A DNA stretch of 64,000 bases from Armatimonadota bacterium (GTDB taxonomy: Bacteria; Armatimonadota; UBA5829). The number at the start of each line of letters is the position of its first letter. The first letter of the stretch is position 1. Made by a program: the position numbers and the translations under genes. This document shows, in pieces, positions 38,911-48,910 of the stretch. The notes under the pieces were generated by a model, which saw only the letters and a program-made list of their open reading frames with translations, did not search any database and was not told where the DNA came from. The stretch spans positions 2,272,083 through 2,336,082 of the forward strand of contig JBMNES010000001.1 of NCBI GenBank assembly GCA_050948905.1. The letters run 5' to 3'.

Positions 38911-39543
38911 CTACTGCTGCGGTAGGATTAATACCTTTCTATCTGCTACCCGCAGTCGGCCCTGCGCAAACAACGCGATGGCGTCCGTGTATGTGGCGTG
39001 TTCGGCAACGAGGACTTTGCCGGCTATGGAATCCGAGGTGTCTTCTGGTTCCACCGCCACCACGCTCTGGGCGATAATCGGCCCGGTGTCATAATCTTCA
39101 TCTACAAAATGCACCGTCGCGCCCGTATACTTTACTCCGCGCGCGATAACCGCTTCGTGGACGTGGTGTCCATACATCCCCTTGCCACAAAACGCCGGTA
39201 TCAAAGCCGGGTGCACGTTCATAATGCGGTCACGATAAGCCTCAATGATCCCGCCGCCCAGCACCTGCATATAACCGGCCAGGCAAATTAAGTCGATCTC
39301 ATATTTCTGCAATTCGTTCAGAACCGCGGCGTCATATCCCTCTTCGGATTCAAAATCACGCCTTCGAATCGTTACGGCAGCAGCCCCAGCCGCCCGCGCA
39401 CGATCCATAGCAGGAGCATCGTCTTTAACTCCGATCACCAACGCTACTTCACCGTCGATTTTCCCGGTTTTGCACGCGTCAATAATAGCCTGCAGGTTCG
39501 ACCCCCGACCTTGTCCGGAGACCAAAACGGCGATCCGGATCAT
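38911..39543 (-). CDS. purN: Phosphoribosylglycinamide formyltransferase
   Basis: IAVLVSGQGRGSNLQAIID and the HPALIPAF motif region. Confidence 0.9.
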   Translation of the reverse strand: MIRIAVLVSGQGRGSNLQAIIDACKTGKIDGEVALVIGVKDDAPAMDRARAAGAAAVTIRRRDFESEEGYDAAVLNELQKYEIDLICLAGYMQVLGGGIIEAYRDRIMNVHPALIPAFCGKGMYGHHVHEAVIARGVKYTGATVHFVDEDYDTGPIIAQSVVAVEPEDTSDSIAGKVLVAEHATYTDAIALFAQGRLRVADRKVLILPQQ

Positions 39544-40565
39544 ATCACGTTTACCTCGCGGCCGCCCTTATGGACTCCGCCGATAATCGAGGCCGCCTCG
39601 CCAAGTTCCTCCAGCCTGCTCACGATCTCAGGGCCGTTATGATTCGGCACTATCAGCACCATTCCGATGCCCATATTAAACGTCCTGTGCATCTCCGCCG
39701 GGTCTATGTTGGCCTTCTCCTGCAGCAGCGTGAAAATCGGCGGCACGCCCCAATATCGTCTCTCCACCGTTACCTGGCAATCCAAGGGCAGGATTCGCGG
39801 AATATTATTATAAAAACCGCCGCCGGTGAGATGAGCAATCCCCCGCACGTCGAACTCCTCCAAAATCGCCATCACAGGCTTCAGATAGCACCGGTGCGTC
39901 GCCAACAGCACATCTCCCAGCGTGGTCCCCAATTCCGGCACATACTGGTCTACTTTATAATCGTTGTCCTCAAACAGAATTTTGCGCACAAGCGAATATC
40001 CGTTAGTGTGAAGCCCGGAAGACGCCAGCCCGATAACCGCATCACCCGGCTGAATCCGCGACCCGTCAATAACCTTCGCCCGATCCACTACCCCGACAAT
40101 ACTGCCCGCCAGATCCATCTCCCCATCGAGATAAACCCCCGGCATCTCCGCAGTCTCACCGCCGATAAGAGCACATCCGGCATCCAGACAGGCCTCCGCC
40201 ATACCCTTCACCACCTGCTCCACAACCTCCGGAATCAACTTGCTCGATGCATAATAATCGAGAAAAAAAAGCGGCCTGGCCCCCTGCACGAGGATATCGT
40301 TAACGCAATGATTGACCAAATCAGCCCCGATAGTGTCGTATTTCTGCATCATCGCCGCTATCTTCACCTTAGTTCCGACACCGTCGATGCTCGACACTAA
40401 CACCGGGTTCTCCATCTCCGGGAAACTGGCTGCGAACATGCCACCAAACGCCCCAATGTCCGTCAACACGCGATCGTTAAAAGTAGCATGCACATGCTGT
40501 TTCATACGAAAAACAGCTTCGTCCCCCGCTTCAATGTCGACACCCGCCGATTTATAGTCAGTCAT
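39540..40565 (-). CDS. purM: Phosphoribosylformylglycinamidine cyclo-ligase
   Basis: MTDYKSAGVDIEAGDE N-terminus. Start at the ATG with GAGGG upstream; the ORF track extends 12 codons further. Confidence 0.9.
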   Translation of the reverse strand: MTDYKSAGVDIEAGDEAVFRMKQHVHATFNDRVLTDIGAFGGMFAASFPEMENPVLVSSIDGVGTKVKIAAMMQKYDTIGADLVNHCVNDILVQGARPLFFLDYYASSKLIPEVVEQVVKGMAEACLDAGCALIGGETAEMPGVYLDGEMDLAGSIVGVVDRAKVIDGSRIQPGDAVIGLASSGLHTNGYSLVRKILFEDNDYKVDQYVPELGTTLGDVLLATHRCYLKPVMAILEEFDVRGIAHLTGGGFYNNIPRILPLDCQVTVERRYWGVPPIFTLLQEKANIDPAEMHRTFNMGIGMVLIVPNHNGPEIVSRLEELGEAASIIGGVHKGGREVNVI

Positions 40566-40630
40566 CCGTTTTAACCCTCGTATATGATCTGCCGACCCCA
40601 CAGGTGAGGCCAGGCCCAGTTCGTATTATT

Positions 40631-42061
40631 TTATAGCGTCGCTGGCTGCTCGAAGACGAACTTTCTCAGTTTAGCCTTCTCCGATACCTCAATCGGATAC
40701 TTGCCATCCAGACAAGCACAGCATAGTTTGTCCTTCTTGACGCCAATAGCGCGTATCAATCCCGCCAGGCTCAAAAAGCCCAGGCTATCCGCCCCGATAT
40801 ACTGACGGATCTGCTCCACGTTCAGCTTCGATGCGATAAGCTCGTCCTGATTAGCAGTATCGATTCCATAAAAACACGGGTGTTTGACAGGCGGTGCAGC
40901 TACTCTCACATGCACCTCCACCGCACCCGCGTCCCGGATCATTTTAATCGTAGGCCCGATAGTAGTCCCGCGCACCACGCTGTCGTCCACCATAACAACC
41001 CGCCTGCCCGCCAGACTTTCCTTCAGCGGGCTCAGCTTCATCTTAACGCCCAATTCGCGCATTCGCTGGTTGGGTTGAATGAACGTGCGGTGGATATAGT
41101 GGTTTTTAATCACAGCCTCCGCATACGGTATCCGCGAAGCCTCCGCCAAGCCGATAGCTGCCGGAATGCCCGTATTAGGCAGCGGGAATACTATATGCGC
41201 CCCCGGCGCCGGATGCTCCTTCGCCAGTTCATGACCCATGCGCCTTCGCACTTCATGCATACTGCGGTTATACATCCGGCTATCCGGCCGAGCGAAGTAG
41301 ACATACTCGAACACACAAAGCGCCCGACCCTCAAGAGGCACGCCCTGTCGTTCGGTCATTCCAGTTTCATCGAGAGTAATTATCTCCCCCGGCTCGACCT
41401 CTCGCACAAAATCTGCGCCAATCGTATTGAACGCGCACGTCTCCGATGCAATCACATACATCGAATCGTTAAGGTGTCCAATCGAAAGAGGCCGAATCCC
41501 AAACGGATCGCGAAAAGCGATCAATTTCTCCGGAGTCAATACTACTACGGAATAAGCCCCGCGAACCTTCTTCATAGTCGCTGCGACAGCGTCCTCAATC
41601 ACACATTCGCCAGAATGCGCGATCATCTTGGTCAAAATCTCGCTGTCGCTGGTGGTTTCCAGTTCCACACCGGAAGCCACCAATTCATCACGCAGCGCCT
41701 CCGCGTTTATTAAGTCCCCGTTAAGCGCCAGGGCTATAGGCCCAAAGTCGCACTCACACATAGTCGGCTGGACATTGCGCAGAACGCTCGAACCGGTGGT
41801 CGAATATCGCGTGTGCCCGATTGCCGCGTGCCCCTTTAGCTTCGCAAGGGCTTCTTCATGAAATATCTGAGTGACAAGCCCCATATCGCGATGCATTCGG
41901 ACCTGTGTGCCATCACTGGCAGCGATACCTGCGCTTTCCTGTCCGCGATGTTGAAGTGAAAACAATCCGAAAAAGGCGATTCTGGATACATCCTCGCCGC
42001 TTCCGAATATCCCAAATACGCCGCACTCTTCAGCCATTTCCGGCCGGTCAACGTCTAGCAT
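40631..42061 (-). CDS. purF: Amidophosphoribosyltransferase (with short N-terminal propeptide before the catalytic Cys)
   Basis: MLDVDRPEMAEE-CGVFGIFG. Start ATG shares one base with the purL stop (TGATG). Confidence 0.9.
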   Translation of the reverse strand: MLDVDRPEMAEECGVFGIFGSGEDVSRIAFFGLFSLQHRGQESAGIAASDGTQVRMHRDMGLVTQIFHEEALAKLKGHAAIGHTRYSTTGSSVLRNVQPTMCECDFGPIALALNGDLINAEALRDELVASGVELETTSDSEILTKMIAHSGECVIEDAVAATMKKVRGAYSVVVLTPEKLIAFRDPFGIRPLSIGHLNDSMYVIASETCAFNTIGADFVREVEPGEIITLDETGMTERQGVPLEGRALCVFEYVYFARPDSRMYNRSMHEVRRRMGHELAKEHPAPGAHIVFPLPNTGIPAAIGLAEASRIPYAEAVIKNHYIHRTFIQPNQRMRELGVKMKLSPLKESLAGRRVVMVDDSVVRGTTIGPTIKMIRDAGAVEVHVRVAAPPVKHPCFYGIDTANQDELIASKLNVEQIRQYIGADSLGFLSLAGLIRAIGVKKDKLCCACLDGKYPIEVSEKAKLRKFVFEQPATL

Positions 42062-44331
42062 CAGTCTCCCGTTTCTGCCATTATGCTTGGTATTGCATTG
42101 CGCCAGCACGAATCCAACTCGCTCACGCTGGCATTAATCAATTCTACATCATTAACGGTAATTCTCATTACCTCGCCGCCGGTCGTCCCCAAAATGGTAG
42201 ACTCCACACGGCAATCATCTACGATCTCGCGCAGCAGCCCGAGATTCTCAGCCGCCACAGTCACGACAACTCTCGATTGAGTCTCCGCGAATAGTGCCGC
42301 TGCAGGCCCGCAATTCGCCGAAATCCCGATCTCAGCGCCGATTCCGCCTGAAATGCAGCACTCAGCCAATGTTACCGCAAGGCCGCCATCGGAGCAATCA
42401 TGCGCCGATTTGATTATGCCTTGGCCAATCCCCTTTATCAGGACATCATGAACTCGCTTCTCGCGGTCAAGGTCCAGCACGGGCGGCTTCCCTGCAACGA
42501 CACCGTGAATAGTCTTCAGGTACTCGCTTCCACCCAGCGATTCGCGGTCGCAAACCGGCAAACTCTCGCCTTCGTCAAACCGCACGCCAGATAACAGCAC
42601 GACAATATCCCCAGCCGCCTTGAACTCTGCGCTGCAGGTCTTCTCTACGTCATCTACCACTCCCAGCATTCCAATGGTCGGGGTGGGGTAGATCGCCATT
42701 TCAGGGGTTTCGTTATACAAGCTCACGTTGCCGCTGACTACAGGCGCATCAAAGAAGTCACACGCCTCTGCCAACCCTTCAACTGCGCGCTTAAACTGCC
42801 AAAACGCCTCAGGTTTCTCAGGATTGCCGAAGTTCAGGCAGTCCGTAGTACCAACCGCCCTTGCTCCAGTGCATGCAAGGTTACGCGCAGCCTCGGCCAC
42901 CGCTATTTGAGCGCCCACAAACGGATCAAGATAACAATATCTTCCGTTGCAGTCCGTCACCACAGCGATGCCCTTCTTCATCCCTCTGATTCGCAGCACC
43001 CCGGCATCTGATCCCGGCAGCACCACAGTGTTGGCCAATCCCATATGGTCGAATTGCTCATAAACCCACTGCTTGCTGGCCACAGATGGGGTGGAGAGTA
43101 TCTTCATCAGCGCATCGTTATAATCATCCGGCTCCGTAAGCCCGGAGAAGTCGAAGTTGTGAAGCTCTGCCAGATAGCCGGGCTCCTGTGTTTCCAGATA
43201 ATAAGTCGGAGCTTCGTCGGCCAACGACTTGGCTGGAACCTGAGCTACGAGTTCATCTCCCTCATATACATGCACCAGCCCGTCGCCGGTCACTTCGCCT
43301 ATCACCGCCACCGGCACTTCCCACTTCTCGAAGATCCTGATGACCTCGTCCTCTTTGCCCTTCTGCACAATAGCCAGCATCCTCTCCTGGCTTTCGGAGA
43401 GCATAATCTCATACGGGGTCATGCCGGTCTCGCGGGTAGGCACTTTTTTGACGTCGATCCGCATACCGGTGCCAGCCTTCGCCGAGGTCTCGCAAGTCGA
43501 GCAGGTGATTCCAGCAGCGCCCATATCCTGGATGCCCACCACGTAACCCGACGCCAGCGCCTCCAAAGTCGCCTCTATAAGCACGTTCTCAGCAAACGGA
43601 TCACCCATCTGCACGTTGGATTTCTTACTTTCCGACTTTTCAGACAACTCCACAGAGGCGAAGGTCGCGCCGTGGATTCCATCCCGGCCTGTGTGCGATC
43701 CGATTATCAGAACAAGGTTCCCAGGGCCGTCGGCTCTCGCGTAAGCTATCGAGTCGTGCCGAATCAACCCCAGCGCCATCGCGTTCACCAGGCAGTTACC
43801 GGAGTAGCAATCCTCAAAATATACTTCTCCGGCCACAGTCGGCACTCCGACTACGTTTCCATAAAACCCGATACCGGCAACGGCCTGTTCAAAGAGATAA
43901 CGATTCCTCGCATCCTCAAGCGGGCCGAATCGAAGGCTGTTCAGGCAGGCAATGGGCCTTGCTCCCATCGTGAAAATGTCCCGCAGCATCCCTCCGACCC
44001 CGGTCGCCGAGCTTTGGAACGGCTCGACTGCGGACGGGTGGTTGTGGCTTTCGATCTTCATAGCGACACCGAGTCCGTCCCCGATGTCAATAATTCCCGC
44101 GTTCTCAAGTCCGGCGCCGTCGATGGCTTCTCTATACTTCTTGAAAAGCCGCAGTATGGGCCGGGAGTATTTATAACCGCAGTGCTCGCTCCACATAACA
44201 GAATACATACCAACCTCCGTATAGGTCGGGTGTCTGCCGAGCGCACTTACGATTGCGTTATATTCAGCTTCGTTTAGCCCCATGTCTTCATAGACTTTAG
44301 GCTCTATGGGCTTGGTATCAGTTATCGACAT
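42061..44331 (-). CDS. purL: Phosphoribosylformylglycinamidine synthase subunit PurL
   Basis: 756 aa. AIR-synthase-related duplicated domains. Lies in the pur operon between purQ and purF. Confidence 0.9.
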   Translation of the reverse strand: MSITDTKPIEPKVYEDMGLNEAEYNAIVSALGRHPTYTEVGMYSVMWSEHCGYKYSRPILRLFKKYREAIDGAGLENAGIIDIGDGLGVAMKIESHNHPSAVEPFQSSATGVGGMLRDIFTMGARPIACLNSLRFGPLEDARNRYLFEQAVAGIGFYGNVVGVPTVAGEVYFEDCYSGNCLVNAMALGLIRHDSIAYARADGPGNLVLIIGSHTGRDGIHGATFASVELSEKSESKKSNVQMGDPFAENVLIEATLEALASGYVVGIQDMGAAGITCSTCETSAKAGTGMRIDVKKVPTRETGMTPYEIMLSESQERMLAIVQKGKEDEVIRIFEKWEVPVAVIGEVTGDGLVHVYEGDELVAQVPAKSLADEAPTYYLETQEPGYLAELHNFDFSGLTEPDDYNDALMKILSTPSVASKQWVYEQFDHMGLANTVVLPGSDAGVLRIRGMKKGIAVVTDCNGRYCYLDPFVGAQIAVAEAARNLACTGARAVGTTDCLNFGNPEKPEAFWQFKRAVEGLAEACDFFDAPVVSGNVSLYNETPEMAIYPTPTIGMLGVVDDVEKTCSAEFKAAGDIVVLLSGVRFDEGESLPVCDRESLGGSEYLKTIHGVVAGKPPVLDLDREKRVHDVLIKGIGQGIIKSAHDCSDGGLAVTLAECCISGGIGAEIGISANCGPAAALFAETQSRVVVTVAAENLGLLREIVDDCRVESTILGTTGGEVMRITVNDVELINASVSELDSCWRNAIPSIMAETGD

Positions 44332-44424
44332 GCTGTCCTCATCATAGTCTCTTCTGACTCAAAATCCAACCTGAAGGGGATTCTTTGCCTCCCCAGGTTC
44401 GATATTAAAACAACTCACCTGGGC

Positions 44425-45114
44425 TTAGCCCAATCTATCAACAATCGACTGCAAAATGTGTATCCCATCGGTGCTGCCCAAAATCTTCTCAACAGCTCTC
44501 TCAGGGTGGGGCATCATTCCCGCGACATTGCCGCTATCGTTCAAAATCCCGGCGATATTTTTCGCCGAGCCGTTTGGATTGGCGTCTTCGGTGACATTTC
44601 CCGATTTATCGCAATATCGCAGCAGCACTCTGTTGGCGTCTTCCATCGCCCTCAAGGCTCCCGGCTCGCACCAGTATCGACCGTGAGCGTGGGCAATTGG
44701 AACAGACAGCACCTGTCCAACAGAGCAATTGCAAGTATAATCGCTGGCGTTGTTCTCCACGCGCACGTTTATATACTTGCACATAAACCGAGCGGTGTCG
44801 TTTAGCAGCAGCGCACCCGGCAGCAAACCGGCCTCACAGAGAATCTGAAATCCATTGCCAAACCCGACCACTCGACCACCGTCCTCAGCAAACTTCTTAA
44901 CAGCGTCGATAATCGGGCTGAAATGGGCCACCATCCCAGGTCGCACATAATCACCATAAGCCGCCCCGCCGGGCAGTATAAGGCAATCGATTCCCTTGAT
45001 CTCCGTCGTTTGGTGCCAGATATAATCCACGGGCTGCTTCAGAATATCGCGCACCGCATAAAACGCTTCCACATCGCCATTAGAACCGGGAAATTGAACT
45101 ACTCCGAATTTCAT
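44425..45114 (-). CDS. purQ: Phosphoribosylformylglycinamidine synthase subunit PurQ (glutaminase)
   Basis: MKFGVVQFPGSNGD.. class-I glutamine amidotransferase fold with catalytic Cys. Confidence 0.9.
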   Translation of the reverse strand: MKFGVVQFPGSNGDVEAFYAVRDILKQPVDYIWHQTTEIKGIDCLILPGGAAYGDYVRPGMVAHFSPIIDAVKKFAEDGGRVVGFGNGFQILCEAGLLPGALLLNDTARFMCKYINVRVENNASDYTCNCSVGQVLSVPIAHAHGRYWCEPGALRAMEDANRVLLRYCDKSGNVTEDANPNGSAKNIAGILNDSGNVAGMMPHPERAVEKILGSTDGIHILQSIVDRLG

Positions 45115-45195
45115 AAGTCAGTCCTCTGGGTTTTAGAGTATCAAGTGCCGGGCATACGAATATGTGTTCGGCAACTGACATCTTTTCCCAATCAC

Positions 45196-45438
45196 CTATC
45201 CCTTCTCGATCTCGAAACGATAGTTCTCGGTGTTCGGGTTCACGAGCAGTTTGCGGCACATCTCGTCAACGTCTTTTTCTACGTCCCCGCCGTCCGCAAC
45301 CTCGATCTCGATGAACTTGCCGACTCTGACGTTGCCAACGCTGCCGTATCCCAGGTTCTCCAGCGCCCCCAGCGTCACCTTGCCCTGAGCATCCAAAAGC
45401 TCAGGCTTGAGAGTCACATACACATTTGCTTTTGCCAT
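45196..45438 (-). CDS. purS: Phosphoribosylformylglycinamidine synthase subunit PurS
   Basis: 80 aa. MAKANVYVTLKPELLDAQGK.. matches PurS. Confidence 0.85.
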   Translation of the reverse strand: MAKANVYVTLKPELLDAQGKVTLGALENLGYGSVGNVRVGKFIEIEVADGGDVEKDVDEMCRKLLVNPNTENYRFEIEKG

Positions 45439-45580
45439 TGTCCATCCTCTGGTTTTTTAGATTGAGCTATCCGTCAACTCGCCCGTCTAAAAGATAGCCA
45501 TCCCAAGCATCTATTATATCACCGCATCAAAACGATGCTTTTCTACAGCGCAAAAAAACAGAATTTTTTGTCGAACCCCT

Positions 45581-45810
45581 TCTCCGTCATTACGAACCCA
45601 TCCCCTTCATTCCGAGCACCCATTTACGCCTCATCCTCTGTCATTCCGAGCACCCTTTCTCGTCATTTCGAGCGAAGCGAGAAATCTGCTTTTTCGACGT
45701 TCGAAGTCAGATGTTCGAAGTCCGATCAAGCCTTCTTAGGCTCCCTAAATTACGGTACAATAACGTTATTTCTGGCTTTCGCTTCTTTCGCGCTTTCGCG
45801 TTTATCCCTT
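45581..45810. repeat. Mosaic repeat copy (cgtcattacgaaccca-type units plus module B) inserted between purS and purB within the pur gene cluster
   Basis: ..cgtcatttcgagcgaagcgagaaatctgctttttcgacgttcgaagtc...ctggctttcgcttctttcgcgctttcgcgtttatccctt. Ends adjacent to the purB stop at 45812. Confidence 0.8.
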
Positions 45811-45811
45811 C

Positions 45812-47110
45812 TCACTCAAGCCCCAATCTCTCAAACACCCTGTCCACATTCCTCAAATGGTGCGCCAGATCGAAGCAATCGTCCAATTCTTCCTTATTCA
45901 GCAGCCTCTGTACGTCTGCGTCGCCCTCCAGCGCCTGCCGGAACGAGACATCCTCATCCCAGCACCTGGCCGCATTTCTCTGACAAACCTTATAGCCTTC
46001 CTCGCGAGTCATCCCCTTCTGGATCAGCGCCAGCAGCACGTGCTCGCTAAAGACCAACTGGCCCATCATCTCCAGATTGCGCTTCATATTGTCCTGATTA
46101 ACCTCCAGCCTATCCAGCAGTTTCGCCAGAGACTGAAGCATAAAATCCACCGCAAAGAAGCTATCGGCGATTATGATCCTCTCAGCCGCCGAGTTGACCA
46201 GATCCCGCTCATGCCAGCTTACGATATTGTCCAAAGCGGGGTGTGCATTTGCCCGCACCACCCTGGCCAATCCGCATATAGTCTCAAATCTCCACGGGTT
46301 TCGCTTATGCGGCATAGCCGAGGAACCACGCTGTCCCGGCAGGAACATCTCCTGCACCTCGAGTATCTCCGTGCGCTGCAGGTTCCTCATTTCAGTCGCG
46401 ATGTTGTCGCAGGTCGAGGCCAGTATCGCCAGCCTGGCTATCACCGCAGCGTGCCTGTCGCGCTGGATAATCTGAGTCGAGATCGGAGCTGCCTGAAGCC
46501 CCAGCTTCTCGCAGACCATCTCTTCCTGATCCGGCCCGATATTGCCGAATACTCCCACCGCGCCGGATATTTTGCCGACGCTGATCTGCTCGCGGGCGTC
46601 TTTAATTCGTGCCAGATCCCGTTGAAGCTGAGAGTAATGCACAGCCATCTTAAAACCGAATGTGATCGGTTCTGCCTGCACGCCGTGGGTCCGGCCAATC
46701 ATCGGGGTCATTTTATGCGCTTTCGCCAGTCTCGCCACCACATCCAGCAGGTTTTCAATATCTTTGATAATAATATCGCAGGCCTGCCTCATTCGCAGCG
46801 CGGTCGCCGTGTCTTCGATGTCGTAGCTGGTAACGCCGTAGTGGACATATTTGCCCTCGTCGCCAAGGTTTTCCGTGACGCATTTGACGAAGGCTATCAG
46901 GTCGTGGTGGGTCTCTTTTTCAATTTCATCTATGCGCTCAACAGAGAACGTCGCCGACTTACGAATCTTCTCCGTCACTCCAGGCGGTATATTGCCGAAC
47001 TTCTCCTGTGCCTCACAAACCGCCAGCTCGACATCAAGCCAGCTCTGAAACTTGTTCTGCTCACTCCAAACGGCCTTCATCTCAGGCAGCGAATATCTCT
47101 CTATCATCAA
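45812..47110 (-). CDS. purB: Adenylosuccinate lyase
   Basis: 432 aa fumarate-lyase superfamily protein with a PurB-type C-terminal domain. TTG start. Confidence 0.9.
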   Translation of the reverse strand: MMIERYSLPEMKAVWSEQNKFQSWLDVELAVCEAQEKFGNIPPGVTEKIRKSATFSVERIDEIEKETHHDLIAFVKCVTENLGDEGKYVHYGVTSYDIEDTATALRMRQACDIIIKDIENLLDVVARLAKAHKMTPMIGRTHGVQAEPITFGFKMAVHYSQLQRDLARIKDAREQISVGKISGAVGVFGNIGPDQEEMVCEKLGLQAAPISTQIIQRDRHAAVIARLAILASTCDNIATEMRNLQRTEILEVQEMFLPGQRGSSAMPHKRNPWRFETICGLARVVRANAHPALDNIVSWHERDLVNSAAERIIIADSFFAVDFMLQSLAKLLDRLEVNQDNMKRNLEMMGQLVFSEHVLLALIQKGMTREEGYKVCQRNAARCWDEDVSFRQALEGDADVQRLLNKEELDDCFDLAHHLRNVDRVFERLGLE

Positions 47111-47126
47111 ATACCTCTCTACAGCG

Positions 47127-47582
47127 CTATTGTCTCAGGGATTCTTTAAACTCTTTTATTGCAGTCCGTAACTCCGGGTGTTTTACGCTCAATATCTGCG
47201 CAGCGAGTATACCCGCATTTTTCGCCCCATCTATCGCAACCGTAGCCACCGGAACCCCTCCCGGCATCTGCACAATAGACAGCAGCGAATCCATCCCGGA
47301 CAGAGCAGCAGACCTCGTCGGCACACCGATTACCGGTAGGCAGGTCAGCCCCGCGATCACCCCCGGCAGGTGCGCGGCCATACCCGCCCCGGCGATAATC
47401 ACCTCAAAGCCCCTGTCCTCCGCATTGGTCGCAAACTCCACCACCTTTTGCGGGTTTCTATGAGCCGACATAACAAAAGTCTCGTTTTCAACGCCGAATT
47501 TGGTCAACATCTCCGATGCCGCGCTCATTATCTCAGCATCCGACTTGCTGCCCATCACAATCGCAACCTTACCGGCCATCAA
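47127..47582 (-). CDS. purE: N5-carboxyaminoimidazole ribonucleotide mutase (PurE)
   Basis: VAIVMGSKSD..IIAGAGMAAHLPGVIA motifs. Confidence 0.9.
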   Translation of the reverse strand: MMAGKVAIVMGSKSDAEIMSAASEMLTKFGVENETFVMSAHRNPQKVVEFATNAEDRGFEVIIAGAGMAAHLPGVIAGLTCLPVIGVPTRSAALSGMDSLLSIVQMPGGVPVATVAIDGAKNAGILAAQILSVKHPELRTAIKEFKESLRQ

Positions 47583-47610
47583 TTAATCTCCTGATACGAA
47601 CACGACGAGT

Positions 47611-48885
47611 TTATAGCAGCCTCGCGCCAATATCCCGCCTGAAATAAGCGCCGTCGAAGCCGATCTTGCCGACCCCTTCATAAGCTTTGTCGATACACTG
47701 TCTAAAGCTATCGGCCACCGCAGTCACAGCCAAAACGCGACCACCGGAGGTGACGACCCTGTCGCCATCCCTTTCAGTGCCCGCGTGAAATACTATGGTT
47801 CCAGTTTTTTCCGCCTCGTCGATACCTTCGATCACCTTGCCCTTCTCGTAATCGCCGGGGTATCCCGCAGAGGCCATAATCACACACAGCGCTTTTTTAT
47901 TGTACCAGCTCACCGCCTGGCTGTCGAGATTTCCAGTGGCTGCAGCATAACAAATTTCAGCCAAATCCGACTGTAGCAGCGGCAGCACAACCTGCGTCTC
48001 AGGGTCCCCAAACCTCGCGTTAAACTCGATTACTTTCGGCCCTGCGCTGGTCAGAGCCAACCCGCAATACATCACACCCTTAAAACAAATTCCCTTGGCT
48101 TTCAACGCTTTAAGTGTGGGTTTGGTAATGGTCTCAATAACCACGGACTGCAATTCGTCTGTCAACGCGGGAACAGGGGAATAGCTTCCCATTCCACCTG
48201 TATTCAGCCCCAAATCTCCATCACCCGCCCGCTTATAGTCCTGAGCAGCAGACATCGGCACGCAAGTCTCACCGTCCACAAAAAACATAAACGTGGCTTC
48301 CGGCCCGTCGAGATACTCTTCTATGACGACCCTATCCCCAGCAGCGCCGAATGCCCTTTTGCGCATAATCAAATCGACGGCCTGCAGAGCTTCCTCTTTA
48401 TTATTAGCTATAATCGCCCCTTTGCCCGCCGCCTCTCCATCAGCCTTTACAGGAATCGGGTTGCTGGTTTTGCCTGCAATCGACTCGATATAGGCATCCG
48501 CCTTATCGGGGTCGCTGAAGGCTTCAAAAGTGCCAGTCGGGATGCCGTAGTCGATCATCAGCTTCTTGGAAAAGACCTTGCTGACCTCCAGTTGAACGGC
48601 CTCTTTGGTAGGTCCAAAAATGGTCAAAGAGCGTTTCTCAAACTCATCGGCCACCCCAGCGCCCAACGACGCCTCCGGCCCTACTACAGTCAGATCAACG
48701 CCCTGCTTCTCGGCAAAATCAGCGAGAGCTTTAACATCCGTGACCTTTATATCGACCCGCTCCGCAATCTCACCAATTCCCGCGTTGCCGGGCGCCGCGA
48801 ATATCTTCGACACTTTATCACTCTGAGCGATCTTCCACGTCAACGCGTGCTCACGCCCACCGCTTCCAATAACAAGGACTCTCAA
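47611..48885 (-). CDS. purD: Phosphoribosylamine--glycine ligase
   Basis: MRVLVIGSGGREHAL N-terminus, ATP-grasp domain. Confidence 0.9.
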   Translation of the reverse strand: MRVLVIGSGGREHALTWKIAQSDKVSKIFAAPGNAGIGEIAERVDIKVTDVKALADFAEKQGVDLTVVGPEASLGAGVADEFEKRSLTIFGPTKEAVQLEVSKVFSKKLMIDYGIPTGTFEAFSDPDKADAYIESIAGKTSNPIPVKADGEAAGKGAIIANNKEEALQAVDLIMRKRAFGAAGDRVVIEEYLDGPEATFMFFVDGETCVPMSAAQDYKRAGDGDLGLNTGGMGSYSPVPALTDELQSVVIETITKPTLKALKAKGICFKGVMYCGLALTSAGPKVIEFNARFGDPETQVVLPLLQSDLAEICYAAATGNLDSQAVSWYNKKALCVIMASAGYPGDYEKGKVIEGIDEAEKTGTIVFHAGTERDGDRVVTSGGRVLAVTAVADSFRQCIDKAYEGVGKIGFDGAYFRRDIGARLL

Positions 48886-48910
48886 ATTACCTTAACCTCA
48901 AGAATTGATT

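Noticed and set aside
45525-45550. Small hairpin gcatc-aaaac-gatgc plus tttt on the plus strand upstream of purS
   Set aside because: No plus-strand gene ends here. It is likely incidental, or part of the purS promoter/leader region.
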